Counted from the first letter of the whole stretch, positions 1 to 12,607 are shown. The stretch is 57,911 nucleotides of DNA, filler included, from Jimgerdemannia flammicorona (GCA_003990765.1; 3 parts of 3 records of this genome joined end to end with filler, not necessarily neighbours in it), one strand, 5' to 3'. Numbers and translations: made by a program. The notes: generated from the sequence alone by a model not told the origin.

Positions 1-202
1 GGTTGGGGGCTGCGGGGGGGTTAGAGGTGCCACTTGGTAGTGAAAATCTGTGGTCAGAGTGGTGGGAGAGTTGGAGTTGTTGGTGAGAGGGTGGTCTTTA
101 TACGTGAAGAGGTGGGGTGGGGCCCCCTGATGGGAATCGGTTAGTGGGTGGGGATATTGTATACTTATTTATAGACTGTAATAAAGACGGAGTCCAAGGG
201 AC

Positions 203-270
<68 letters not shown>
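1..270 (+). mobile_element. 3' end of a non-LTR retrotransposon (LINE) with poly(A) tail
   Basis: G-rich 3' region, AATAAA at 180-185, AGTCC-AAG-GGACT mini-hairpin, then A65 (206-270). A homologous tail lies at 12504-12607. Confidence 0.75.
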
Positions 271-272
<2 letters not shown>

Positions 273-329
273 GATCTGATAATACATATAGTAGTTTTTT
301 ATACTGAAGGCTATATTTTTCTATTAAAG

Positions 330-1300
330 ATTAGTTACTAAAATGTGAAAAAATACTATATTATTTATGATATTATCTATTGTAATAGCCAAAATCTATA
401 CTTGAAATTTTTAGTTAACAAATTTATATAAAAATAAATAACTATTAAAATTTATTTTATTTTAAGACTTCTCTCAAAATACTGACCAGATAGTAAGTCT
501 CCCCTTTTTACCTTAGTTGTAATCTCAAGTTTCTAGATATAACTAATAAAAATATCTGTAATATTTTCTCCAAAATAAAGATTATTAAGTTTGATAAAGT
601 TAAGGATAAGATATTTAAGTTACTAATTAATATCAATCTAATTATCAATAATGTTTAGAAATGAAATTATATTTAGTAATATCTATATATTAATTATAAA
701 TAAAATTCTGCCTATTAAATTCTGTTTATTAAATATGAGATTAAATTGATAAGCTCTTTATATATATATAATTTAGCTTATAATAGTTATAGTATTACTC
801 TTATTTATTTATTTTATCTAAAGTATCTGATAAAGATTATTATACTTCTTTCTATAGGCCTCTAAGATATCTTTATAAAAAGTATCAGTACTTGACAAAT
901 ATAAATTATACTTGAAGAGATCAAAGATACTATATAATTAGTCACTCTCAAAAGCTATAAATAATTAGTCTATATATACAATCTAGCAAATGAGTTAATT
1001 TTAAAATTCTGCCAAAGTATATAGCTAAATATTTTTGATTAAATAGAGTTATTGATATAGAAATAGTTGAGCAATCAGATAAATATACTCATTATAGCTT
1101 AGATATCAATTTTATTTATTTCTGTATTCTTTTTTATTTTGTTAGAGTATTTGTCTTTTATATATTAATATATATTTAAAGTTAAACTACCAAATATTTT
1201 GAACTTCTAGCTATATAGTATAAATGATTAATAGAAATAATATTATATACATATATATTAAACAAAAATATCAGTTATATTATAAATATATATATATATA
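330..1300 (-). pseudogene. Degenerate hAT transposase fragment (with an intron)
   Basis: Reversing C>T/G>A changes on the minus strand gives motifs resembling ISFTTDxWTS..SFLxITxHWID..W.L...LDF..L...HSGENIA..F and, after a GT..AG intron, ILAITTDNA.NN. Boundaries are approximate. Confidence 0.65.
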
Positions 1301-1320
1301 TTTTTTTTTAATTTTTTATC

Positions 1321-1800
1321 TGTAATAATTATGAATAACTATAATGATTCTAGTTTCTTTAAGAGGAAGTAGCTAAATTTGGAAGTACTAGTTGGTCTAA
1401 AGTAACTCAAAGAGATACTTAAAGATTCAAATGTTCTTGAAAGATTTCTGGAAGAAAATATTCTGAGCTTTATTCAGGCAGAGAATATGGATATTTATAT
1501 ATGATCTGAAAGAAAGATCCAGAAGGATCTTGGAAAAAAAGAGAAATGTCAAGAAATAGGTTCTTGGCAAAGTTGACTAATATTATTCTACAATGTTCCA
1601 AAAGGTTCCATGACTAGCTAAGACAAGATGCTTGGTATCAAAGAAAGATAAGAATATTCTAGTAATATCTGGGTACTGAGAGAAGGTTTCTAAGTAGAAG
1701 GTGACAGAATATAGTAGAATGTTCAAGAAATGATAAGAAAAGACTAACTAAAAGATGTAAAAATATACTAAGACTAAATATGACTGTGAAATTGTTATAA
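1321..1800. mobile_element. Probable decayed solo LTR
   Basis: Starts TGTAA and has repeated AGAA(T/G)(A/G)TTC(T/C)-type motifs common in fungal gypsy LTRs. No convincing TSD. Confidence 0.35.
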
Positions 1801-1985
1801 TAATATTATCTCTAGTCTTAGTACAATATTACTAAATTTCAGAATAAGAATTATATAAAAAGTGTAGAACTATTGAGGATGTTTAACTTGAAGCATTATT
1901 AGTATTATAAATTATTGAAGACTGATATATCAATATATATATATTTTATATATATTAATATATCTAGTATATAAGTTATATATAT

Positions 1986-4224
1986 TGTGACATGTGGTTT
2001 GTATCTCAAGTTGCTTCAAGCACGGCTCAATGTGCCACTTGGTGGAGCACACAATATATGACCGAGTGTGTTTGCAATGGTTGTGGGTTGATGGTCACAT
2101 GATCGGTTTGTCTGATTCGTATGGTGGAGGCTCAGTTGTTTAGTAGTCAATGAATTTTCCTAGTATGGCAAATTACTTCTTGAATGTATATGGTTCGTGG
2201 CACAGCAGGTAAAAAGGGGAACTCATCCATCTGACTTGTTAGGTGAATGACGATGGTACTGGCTTTCCTAAGCTAAGTATCCTTGGGTTCCTTGGCTGGG
2301 GTCTTAACACTTGAATGGTAGGTCTCAAATGTGTGGTCTTGAACCTCGAATGGCAGTTGGCTCTGAATGCATGGTGGTCGGGTCAAATACACAACAGTTG
2401 GGCTGGCAGGATCTCGGCGGCAGTTGGCAGTTTTTGTGTGGCTTTCCTTTAGTGGCAGATCTTTAAACTGAACTGAATGGCTTTTCATGCAGCTTTTCTT
2501 AGCAGCAGCGGGTCTTTAAACTGAACTGAACAGCTTTTCATGTGGCTTTCCTTAGCAGTGAATCTTTGAATGTTTTCCATAGCAAGAGAAAATTCTTTAA
2601 CTCAAACCTCGAGTGATCATTGCTCTAGTTATCTTGTTCTCAGAATTTATCCGGTCTCTTGGAGGCAGTGAGGTTTCTCTGTAATCCTTTTTTTTTACTT
2701 TTAAATACAAACTGACTGAGGTTTATTCACTCTAAGATATAGGGTTATTTATACAATTTTGCTAGCTATGGGGGGGGGGGGGCTAAGGTATACTACATTG
2801 TGGTGGTTTAATTGCTGAATATGAGTACAACAGTTGTTTGTACCAAATTGAGATAAGATGAGTGCTAGTGCTGGATATGGATGTTGTGGGTGGTATTGCT
2901 AAAAACAGATATTACTGACTTGCTGACAAACATTGGCTGACCGGACTGAGGAAATGGATGTTGGATCACTGAATTGAGATAAGATGAGTACCAGTGCCAG
3001 ATTTGGTTGTTGGGGGTGATATCACTGGAAACGGATGTTACTGACTCACTGACAAACGTTAGCTAACCGGACTGGAGAAATGGACATTGGATTACTGAAT
3101 GGTAAAGTACCCTTCGTCAGTGAACCAATCATCTTGCTGGATTGTGACTTCTTCATTCTGTTCTTCAAAGAGTAGGAGTGCTAGCCAGGAGGTGAGGAGG
3201 TAGAATTGTGGCCAATCATCTTTAATGACATTCTCCAACTCTTGGACTGCTTGAAGGCAGACAGAGGATTGGTAGATTCTTTGTTCCTCCTCTACTTCTT
3301 CCTCAGATCCTCCAGTTTCTGTGTTGGTAGAGACTTCTGGAACTTCTTGATTTGGTTCCCAAATGATGAGGTACAAATTGTAGCTGACAGGGTGGTGAGT
3401 AGTTGGGGTTGCTCCAACAGATATTGTGATGGTAATGGATGGTCCTTCGAAGATTTCCATGAGACTCATTAGGTAATCTTGATGGTTGTCTCGGAGTGGA
3501 GTGGTGTGAAAGCCTGGTTGAGTGGGCTTGGTTTGTTGGCTTTCTACAGCAACCTGGTTACTACCAATAGAGTTGGCTACTTCTGATTCTATCCAGTCTG
3601 CATCTTTAGTTGAGAGGTGGGCAAGACTTCCAGCAGTCACTCCTTGTAAGTGTACTATAGCCCAGGGAATATGGCAGAAGATTTGGTGAACATGGAGGAC
3701 TCTCTTGATTAGCCAGCCGGTGGTTAACATTTCGGCAATGAGGTCTTCCTGGTCGCCTTCTTGGGTTTCATTATGAAGATGGTGTCCAATTTCGTAATCA
3801 TGCCAGAGGGTCATTCGTTCAGTGGTATCTTTGAGCTGTTGGGTCATTATGTACCAGTAATTGATGAAGTGTCCAAGATCCTTGGTGTAGAAGTTCAGAT
3901 GTTCAGAGGTGTCTGGGTACCAAATAGCCTTCTTGATAGCTTCAAGGATTAGAGTCTTTGGGCCAGGCAAGGGGGAAGAGTGGTGGGAGGTCTGATTGGG
4001 GTGGCAGATAGGAGGCATTGTGTGGTGGATACTTGTTCTTTGATGCTGATTCCTGAGGTGGAGTATGGCTCTTTAAATAACATAGTCCTCCTTTTGGCTC
4101 AGATTATCATTGCTCCTTTTGGGATGATCACCTAATGGGTCAGGCTGTCTATTTGATTATCATGCCATTATGTTATCTGATCTTAGCAGTCACCAGTACT
4201 CTATTGTCAATTGCGTACATCACA
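1986..4224 (-). mobile_element. 2239-bp solo LTR-like element, TGTGA...TCACA, 4-bp TSD ATAT
   Basis: Termini TGTGACAT (1986) and TGTGATGT (reverse complement of the 4224 end) are both derivable from TGTGACGT by CpG decay. ATAT lies at 1982-1985 and 4225-4228. There is a sharp GC step against the flanks, and on the minus strand TATAAATA (~2750) is followed by AATAAA (~2725). Confidence 0.75.
3092..4018 (-). CDS. 308-aa hypothetical protein encoded inside the solo LTR (CpG-eroded but open)
   Basis: Long ATG-initiated ORF with TATTTAAAG ~55 bp upstream and an acidic C-terminus. The His/Cys/Gln/Trp excess is consistent with decayed CGN Arg codons. Confidence 0.55.
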   Translation of the reverse strand: MPPICHPNQTSHHSSPLPGPKTLILEAIKKAIWYPDTSEHLNFYTKDLGHFINYWYIMTQQLKDTTERMTLWHDYEIGHHLHNETQEGDQEDLIAEMLTTGWLIKRVLHVHQIFCHIPWAIVHLQGVTAGSLAHLSTKDADWIESEVANSIGSNQVAVESQQTKPTQPGFHTTPLRDNHQDYLMSLMEIFEGPSITITISVGATPTTHHPVSYNLYLIIWEPNQEVPEVSTNTETGGSEEEVEEEQRIYQSSVCLQAVQELENVIKDDWPQFYLLTSWLALLLFEEQNEEVTIQQDDWFTDEGYFTIQ

Positions 4225-4280
4225 ATATAATGAAATAGTAATAATAAGATAATATTTGATCACTTTTATCTCTCACTATA

Positions 4281-4459
4281 GAGAATTCAGATTGGAGAAT
4301 TTAGATTGAAGAATTCAAATTGAATAATTCAGATTGAGTAATTTAGATTGAGTAATTTAGATTAAGTAATTCAGATTATTTCTAATTGAGATTTAGGTCA
4401 AACTATTATCTAATGAATAGAATCCAAATTTGATTTGAATTAACTCATTTGGAGTACTA
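4281..4459. repeat. hAT terminus with subterminal tandem repeats
   Basis: Tandem ~14-bp ATT(C/T)AGATTGAGTA units ending in AACTCATTTGGAGTACTA, which matches the MITE terminus at 36563-36580. Confidence 0.55.
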
Positions 4460-4779
4460 GCTATATACTTAAAATACTACTCTATAATAGATATGATAGT
4501 TAATACTATAAAGCCCCTTCTAGAATCTAAATTTAAATAATATACTTAGTTAATATATCTCTTTTAAGTATTTTCATATATTTTTCTTTTTCTTTTTCTT
4601 TTATTTATATATTATAGCTTAAATATAAGTTTAATTAAATTTATATTATAACTAATAATTTAATAACCCTAGAGCTTTCAAAAAATATTAGGTTTAATTT
4701 ATTATATTAATTATATATAAAGTTTTTAGTATTTAAAGTAAGATTACTAATTTGATCACTTTTGTTTCTGATATCATTT

Positions 4780-5800
4780 TATTGATAACTTTAATATTTT
4801 ATATAACCATTCTTGGCTTTGAATATAGCTGTAATATATCTCAGTATATTCTCTATCAAACCAGTATAAATATTATCAGAAATCTTATTTTACTTATCTT
4901 CTACTTACTCTCAAAGTACCTATATTCTCTTCAATACTTCCTCATATATATTGAACCTCTATTTAATATACTACTACAGATATTCTATAGAATTTAGATC
5001 AGGAGATTAAGTGGACCAGTTTAACAAGTAAATTGAATAGCTTATAAACTATTTCTATATCAAACTATATATATACTTTAGATTATTATCTTACTAAAAT
5101 ATTTTTTTTTTTCAGCTATATCTTAAAATATTTGATGGATTTCTTCAGTTTGTCATCAAGAATACTTTTGTAGAGTATGCTATCTATTCTACTATCTATT
5201 TTGCATATATCTAATACTAGTATATAATATATAGTTCCAAATTATCACTGAACTATCTCTAAATTTAATAGTACTGATTGTATAGTAGTTTTTGAGTAGT
5301 GCACTAGGTTTAGATTTCTTCTACACTTATAGATATCTATTGGAGCTAAAGTAGTTGATCTTGGTCACATTTAAGAAAATGACATATTTCTAATTATCAA
5401 CCATCTAATCTTTATATTTTTGGACAAATTCATACTGAGTCTTCTTATAATATATACATAAGTAATTTTTGTTTTTTTTTGCTTGATGATGGCTTTTATA
5501 TCTACTTTTTTCAGCATTTTATATATGGTCTTAGTACTGATGGTTTTTCCATCTTCTTCTATTAGTTTGGTAATCTTAAAGATAGTTTTAGTCTTATTAA
5601 AGATGATTTGGCAAACTACTTATAATGAGTCATAAAAGATAAGTATATATAGGTAGTTATTTTTTGGTTCAATAGTAATATTGGTATAATCTTTCTTCCT
5701 TATTTGTGTGACACATTCATAACTAATACTCATCTCTTTGAAAACTTTATATATAGATATACTAAAATATAATATATTGATTATATAGTTATAAATATTG
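4780..5800 (-). pseudogene. Degenerate Tc1/mariner (Tc1-like DD34E) transposase
   Basis: The minus strand retains relics of W..VIFSDE.K.N, T.KFGGGSVMIWG, IFQQDNDPKH and W..QSPDLNPIE.LW. TIR-like AGTGGGGGATAAAAGTGATCAAAT motifs occur at ~5906 and, inverted, at ~4255. Confidence 0.7.
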
Positions 5801-5934
5801 ATAGAGAGCTTTTTTATTATTTTTAAAATATTTTGAAAATTGAAATTGATAGAGTATATTGATAAGAATAATAGAGAAAAATTCTATAATAATAGTCCAA
5901 ACAAGAGTGGGGGATAAAAGTGATCAAATCAGTG

Positions 5935-6240
5935 TTTATTTATTTATTTATTTATTTATTTTTATTTTATTTTTATTTTATAGACTCAGAGTCTATAGAT
6001 TTTTATTAGAAGGAAATCTAAACTATATAGGCCAAAATCCTCCCCCACCATCCATTAAGTATAACTTCTTTATTAAACCTAGACTAGCTATTGTCTAGTA
6101 GCTCAACTATACCAGATACAGCAGAGCCTATAATAGTCTGTATCTCATTCTATATACTATGCTCTTCCTACTACCAGAGAGAACTCAATTATATACCAAT
6201 GACCAAAAACATATACTCAAAACCCCAACATATATAGATA
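5935..6240 (-). mobile_element. 5'-truncated LINE 3' fragment (tail family 2)
   Basis: T-rich run followed by sequence homologous to 13040-13320. On the minus strand it reads ...CTAATAAAAATCT...(A)n. Confidence 0.55.
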
Positions 6241-6439
6241 AAATATTTATAAGTAAAGAAATCTTAAGTATTATTTTTAAGCTATACAAACTGGTTATAT
6301 TGATCTAATTATCTCTATAATGATGAGACAAATTTGCTATACAGAATATAGTAATCAATTTAGTCCCAAAAGAGTAGATATTGATTATCTATATATATTA
6401 GAACTTAATATTTACAATGATCTAATATATACTAGAGTT

Positions 6440-6815
6440 TACTATAATATATATTAGTTCTTTACTCATCTATCTTAAATATTTTCTACTTTTTATTAGT
6501 TAGTTGGGGGGTTTTTCTTTTATCTTAGGCTTTTATTTAGAGTTCAGAGAGCTATTTCTTATTTAGTCTCAATATTACTAGATCTGATATATAGGTATAC
6601 TCTTATAGTAAATAGGTCTAGTGAGTAAATAAGTCTAATTTATATAGTGGAAGATAATATATCTATTATATAACTAAAATAGTAGAACTATTAGATAATT
6701 TGATAACTTAGATTAATAAGAGAATAGCACTTGAGAGAGAAAGTAAGAAAGAGTTTTGATCTATATATCTAAGTTTTCTTCTAATAAAAATCTATAAAAA
6801 CTTAATCTTATTAAA
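6440..6815 (+). repeat. Short non-autonomous retroelement-like repeat, copy 1
   Basis: Aligns in reverse complement to 11790-12190 and ends in the family-2 LINE tail. Confidence 0.5.
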
Positions 6816-7047
6816 TATATATAAATTTAATTTATAAAATAATTAATATCTTTAAATATAATTCTCTTCAATTATATAGTCTATAATATTAATATGAGAT
6901 TTATAAATATCTCTTTATTTTCTATATATATTATTATTATAATATTTTATTTTATTTTTTTAATAAATATTAAATATCTTTTCTTAAACTATTTCATCTA
7001 TTCTGATATATCTTTTTAAAGTTTGATATTGTTAATATTTTTACTTT

Positions 7048-7153
<106 letters not shown>

Positions 7154-7699
7154 GGAGGAAGGCCCAGTGGGAGCCATGGGAGCAAATCCAGAACCAGTGT
7201 CAAAGTAAATAGAAGACATGTGGAAGAGCATGTATAAGGAGAACAAATAAAGAATGTAACTGAAAATACATCAGCTGTTTATTGCTATGTAAAAATGTGG
7301 TCCTTATATACAAAATACGACATCTCAAAAGAGAGGATGCACTACAACTTAGAGCAAACTGAATTAGGAATCACATGACTGCTGGAGATAAGTGGAGATA
7401 AGAGGAGAGCCAATCCCAGTTGTAGGATAAAAATCATAAACAAATACAAATAAAACAAATCCAAATCGAGATTAAAAAACATTCTTGCCCCCTCTGGGAT
7501 CTCATGCTTGCTCTGGGGTCTTGGCCTTACTCCACTCTCCTCCGCTACCTTTGGTCCCTCACTTCGCTTGAGCTTACTGCAGCTCACTCTATTTCGGCCT
7601 CACCCCTTGCTCATGCTCACCCCTCTAGGGTCTGCAGATGTTTTTTAATCCCGATTTGGATTTGTTTTGTTTGTATTTGTTTGTAATTTTTATCCTGCA

Positions 7700-7820
7700 A
7701 CTAGGATTGGCTCCTCTCTTATCTCCGCTTATCTCTAGTGGTCATGTGATTCCTAATTCAGTTTGTCCTGAGTTGTAGCACATCCTCTCTTTTAGGATAT
7801 CATATTTTATATATAAGGAC
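7700..7820 (+). promoter_or_regulatory. Putative Pol II promoter in the PLE pseudo-LTR
   Basis: ATTGG (reverse CCAAT), GTCATGTG (a decayed CACGTG) and TATATAAGG ~125 bp upstream of the ORF1 ATG (7943). All are present in the three arm copies. Confidence 0.45.
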
Positions 7821-7942
7821 TACATTTTTATGTGGCAATAAATGGCTGATGTATTTTCAGTTACATTCTTTGTTCATTCCCCTTATATATGCTCTTTCAT
7901 ATATCTTCTGTTCACTTTGACACTGGTTCTGGGTTTGCTCCC

Positions 7943-9126
7943 ATGGCTTCTGCTGGGCCTTTCTCCTCCTCTGCTGTACTGCCTGCCCTTGGGGCCTCCA
8001 TCCTCATTGACGAACTTATAGATGAGGTTCCTCCTCCTCCTCCTCCTCCTCCTCCCCCTGCCTTTACCCCCACTACTGTCTCATTTGAGACCTATGTCTT
8101 GTCCACTGTTCTTTCCCTTTCCCTGGACCTTTGTCCTTCTAGTTATCTGCTCCTCTCTCAGTTCTGGTTGGTTCTTGCTCTCTCTGCCAAGGAGGCTCAT
8201 CTCTGCCATAATATCGATATCATTACTCCACCTGCCATCCGCTACTCCGTTCTCTCCAAGGCCTGCTGCCAAGCTCTCTCTGAAGAGGTTCATGCTGCCA
8301 CTGCCACCACCAAGCTTTCCACCACTGATACTGCTGCTGCTTGTGCCATCACCACTTCTGCCTCCTTCTATTGTGCCTGTACCACTTTCATGGCCTTCAC
8401 CTCCTCTTGCCTTTCAGATGCTGCCCCCTTTTGTGGCTTTGCTATCTATGAGGTTCCTTCTGTCACTACTGATATTGATGCTGTGCATCACTTTCTCCTC
8501 ACTGACACCTCCTTTGTTGCTTGCCTTCATGAATAAGAGTTATCATATACTACCACTTCTGCTTATACCACTATCACTGCTCCCCTATCTGCCTCCCCTG
8601 AGGTTTTGGTCTCCAAGACCATTCGTGCTGAAGCTCATGCTGCTGCCCATACTGAGGTCTATTCCTTCACTGCCACCACTGCCAAGGCCCCCTCCAAGAC
8701 CTCCATCAAGACTCCTGCTAAGCCCAACCAAGCTTCATCAGCCTCTTCTCAGTCCCCCTCCCCTGGCAAGGCCTCCTCCTCTATTCCCCCTGCCCCAAGC
8801 ATGACCACCAACTTGGTTCTCACCCTATTGGGGCCTGGCCTTATGCTGTCTGCTCTGGTCACCTCCACTGTGCCTACTGGCACCCAGCCAAGTCTGTCTG
8901 TCCTCATGGTGGTGTTTCTCACACTGCTGCTCCTTTGGCTGCCTGCTTGCCTTTGGCCTCCTCTGTTGGTTTCTCCTCTACCTCCTCCACCCATGCCCCT
9001 GAATGTAAGGGCTACATGAAAGCCTGTGGCCACAAGGTCTGGCACTCTGACAGGGTGTGCTCCTATTCATCAGGTTCACCACCTTCAAAAAAAGTCAGAG
9101 GGAAGGGGAAGGCCTTCCGCTCTTAA
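7943..9126 (+). pseudogene. PLE ORF1 (Ala/Thr/Pro-rich with Cys/His-rich C-terminus), disrupted
   Basis: ORFs 7889-8536 and 8606-9019 share a frame, separated by one stop. A frameshift near 8800 leads to ...VCSGHLHCAYWH...ECKGYMKACGHKVWHSDRVC. Confidence 0.55.
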
Positions 9127-9212
9127 ACTTCCCCCCAGCATAGTTCTCCCCCAGTGTCTCTGTCTCTTTTCAGATTCTGTCATCGCTTCTGGTATGTCCT
9201 GAGTGGTTTCTC

Positions 9213-11141
9213 ATGCTGTCCCCCCTTCACCTTTCCCAGTTGCTCATCCCGAATTTTCAGATTTATTCTTCTCTTGGAATACTTTTATCTCCTCCTTTCT
9301 CTTTGGCTGACTGCTCCCTTTCTCCTCTTCAAGTCTTTGCCTTATTCTTGAGTCCTTGCTTTGTTTTTCCTATGACTCCCTCACAATTCTCCTTCACTGA
9401 TCTGGCTCATCTCACATGTTTTCATCGTACTCTTGACCTTGCCATCTTCTTTAAAGATCATGGTGAGATGCCCTCTTGCTATTTTGTTCCTAGTGATTGG
9501 GCCCCCCCTCCCAATGTCTCATCACACTGCATATTCCTTGACATGGCTTGCTCATTGTCCATTCCTAGATATACTCACTCTTGCTTAGTTTCAGACTATG
9601 CTGTATATACCGTGCTTAAATCAGTCAAGCAATTGCCTATGTATTTGCTCACAGTTACTGATAAGAATCAGAGTTTTGCACTTATTCCTAAGTTGCTCTA
9701 CCTTGATGGCCTTTCTGCCCTCCTTCGAGCTGTGGCTTACGAGCCTAGTGCTCTTAGATTGGATGAGGTTCTTACTCTTTTTCGGGTTTCTCTGGCTCAT
9801 ACCAGATCACTTTCAGATTCCCCATTTGCGAATCCCATTTTTAACTTCTTCCAGGACTCTTTGTCCTCTCTTGACATTTGTCTTCCAGTTTTCTATATCC
9901 TTCCTAAGGTTCACAAGCCTACTTTGGCTTGGCATCCCATCATGGCTGCTTATAATTCTCCTACCATTGAGATTTTGAAGTGGTTATCCTGCTTCTTTCT
10001 CTCCTGGATGGCTCTCTTACAACACCGTCTTAGGCCTGAGTATACTATTCTTCATGATACTCAGGAGCTTGCCCTTCTCTGCTCCACCATTGTGCCTATT
10101 TATCATTTCTCCCATTTGGCCTCTAGTGATTTTTTCTCCTTCTACACTGCTATTCATTTTGATGAAATTGATGATTGCCTTTGCTTCTTGGGTTTTATTA
10201 TCTTTCCTTTAGATTTCCCAGTCTTATTGGCTTCCATTGTTGAGCTTACACTCCTTGTCTGTAGCTCTAATTATTTTGAGTCAGCCCTTGGCTCCTTTCA
10301 CCAGACTTCTGGTATTGCCATAGATATGAATTGTACCCTCACCCTTGCCAATCTCATTGGCCTGACCCATGAACTTTGTACAATACATGATCCTTCTTCA
10401 CCTCTTTCCATTGTATTCTGAGCTGGGGATATCTTCTTTCACCAATATATCAATGACTTTATTGTCTTTGCTATTACTGGTGTTGATATCCCTAGTGTGT
10501 TTCTGAGTGTCTACTCTCCCTACCACTCTATTACTTGGGTGTATAGTATGACTAATATCTCCTTTTTGGACCTTTTCATTTCTCTTTCTCCCTTTTGAAC
10601 TGTTGTTTATTCTCATTTTTCATGTTCTCAACAGTTTCCTGACTTCTTGTCTAATCATCCTCATCATACTCTTCTTGAATGTATTTGTGGTAAGGCTTGT
10701 CATCTTACACTATACTGTTTCCATCGCTCTGATTGGGTGTCTGCTGTTTGGGTTCTTGGCAACTTTGTGATCCATCATCATGCCTACCCAATTTCTATCG
10801 TTTGTGATCTGCTTGCTTCTGTTGAATGGTTTGTTGTTTGCTCTTTTCTTCTCTCTCCTCTTTACCCCCCCTCCCTTCCCTCCCTCCCCCTTTACCCTCT
10901 CCATACTCTCTCTTCTTTCCCACCCCTGATTCTTGTTATACTATTTGATCATACTTGTTGGGTTACTCAATGCCCTGATACCATCCTGCACTCTTCTCTT
11001 TTATGCCATGGACTTTCATCTCTTTCTCGATGCCCTCTGATCACTCGTTTGCATCTTCCTTCTGTTTCTTCTTTAATCCATTGCTCTTGTTTTGCATTTT
11101 GGTCACCTTCTGGTATCTTTGACTCTGCTGGAGAGAATTAA
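9213..11141 (+). pseudogene. PLE-type reverse transcriptase (mutated), no GIY-YIG domain
   Basis: FYILPKVHKP..WHPI, SDFFSFYTAI, FHQTSGIAIDMN...LANL, YINDF (from YIDD, just after a CGA>TGA stop at 10419) and thumb motifs SNHPHH and HAYP. The ORF stops at the start of the 3' pseudo-LTR. Confidence 0.85.
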
Positions 11142-11789
11142 AAAACATCCTTGCCCCCTCCAGGGTCTCACGCTCACTCTGGGGTCTCGGCCTTACTCTG
11201 CTCCTCTCTGCTATCTTTGGCCCCTCACTTTGCTTGGGCTCACTGTGGCTTGCTCCATTTCAGTCTCACCCCTCACTCATGCTCACCCCTCTGGGGTCTG
11301 TAAATGTTTTTTAATCTCAATTTGGATTTGTTTTGTTTATATTTGTTTGTGATTTTTATCCTGCAACTGGGATTGGCTCCCCTCTTATCTCTACTTATCT
11401 CCAGTAGTCATGTGGTTCCTAATTCAGTTTGCCCCAAGTTGTGATACATCCTCCCTTTTGGGACATCATATTTTGTATATAAGGACCATGTTTTTATGTA
11501 GCAATAAATAGCTGATGTATTTTCAGTTATATTCTTTGTTTGTCTCCCTTATACATGCTCTTCTACATGTCTTCTATTCGCTTTGATACTAGTTCTGAGT
11601 TTGCTTCCATGGCTCCTGCTGGGCCTTCCTTCTCCTCTAAACTTTAGCTGATATACTGAAAGAACTTTTTATAGTAGATAGTTGCTATCACTATTGTTAA
11701 GAGAGGAGATTGTATTATTGTAAATAAAATTAGGAGTAGAATTGAGAATAAAGTTAGAGATTATATATATTAGGTTTTTAAGATAGATT

Positions 11790-12190
11790 GTATTTTTTTT
11801 TTTTAATAAGATCAAGTTTTTGCAGATTTTTATTGAAAGAGAATCTAGACTATATAGGTTAAAACCCTCCCTCACCTTCTCTTAAGTGGTACTCTCTCAT
11901 TATTTTTAGGTTATAGAGAGAATCTGTAGTTTTATCATTTTAGCTATATATATTAGATACTAGCTATACTGATCTCTACTATATAGATCAGACTTGTCTA
12001 TTCACTAGAACTAGATTATCAGTCTAAGACTATAAGAGTAGACTTATATATTAGATCTAGTAATACTAGAACTAAATAATATAATCCTCTTGACTCTAAA
12101 TAAAAGTTAAAGATAAAAGAAAAACCCTCTAACTAATTAATGAAAAGCTGAACAGATTTATAATAAGTAAGTAAAGAACTTATATATAAG
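11790..12190 (-). repeat. Short non-autonomous retroelement-like repeat, copy 2
   Basis: Poly(T) followed by the reverse complement of 6440-6815. Confidence 0.5.
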
Positions 12191-12503
12191 ACTTTCTCAA
12201 AAGGACTAATATATAGACTAAGGTCTAAAAGATCTCACTCCTACTTTCTGAGTCTGTAGGTCTTGATCATATTACTATATCAGCTTCTGATTTCAGTTAG
12301 ATACTATCAAATAAGAAAGATCTCACTCTTTAAGTCTGTAGGCCTCAATTATATTACTATATCAGTTCCTAGTTTTAGTTAGATATAACTAGAATACTGA
12401 TCACTGTACCACTTTACCCTCTACCAGTCAATCAAAAGGCTCTACTAAGATAACATTCACTCTAATACTGATAACTATCCTCAGTCTAGTATCTGACTAA
12501 TTT

Positions 12504-12607
12504 AACCCCTATGGGAATTGGGTAGTGGGAGGGTGTCCTATAAACTTATTAATATATGGGTAATAAATGGCAGAGTCCAAGTAACTATAAAAGAAAAAAA
12601 AAAAAAA
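12504..12607 (+). mobile_element. Extremely 5'-truncated LINE insertion with 16-bp TSD
   Basis: Homologous to 120-270 (AATAAA..GAGTCCAAG..ACTAT-polyA). Flanked by AGTATCTGACT(A/G)ATTT at 12488-12503 and 12608-12623. Confidence 0.8.

Noticed and set aside
1..60. G-rich start resembling telomeric repeats
   Set aside because: No tandem TTAGGG. It is the G-rich 3' part of a LINE.
117..341. Poly-Lys ORF (and the poly-Lys/Phe ORFs at 7016-7246)
   Set aside because: These are translations of poly(A)/poly(T) tracts.
4281..4380. Short regularly spaced repeats resembling a CRISPR array (also 30160-30265)
   Set aside because: Head-to-tail tandem units with no unique spacers, eukaryotic context and no cas genes. 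They are transposon subterminal and LTR repeats.
7471..7972. Hammerhead ribozyme expected in the PLE pseudo-LTR
   Set aside because: No CTGANGA...GAAA core with flanking stems found by eye in any of the three copies (nearest is CTGATGT). A covariance search is still needed.
8022..8804. 260-aa Leu/Pro-rich ORF
   Set aside because: Alternate frame of the pyrimidine-rich PLE ORF1, open because the strand is purine-poor.
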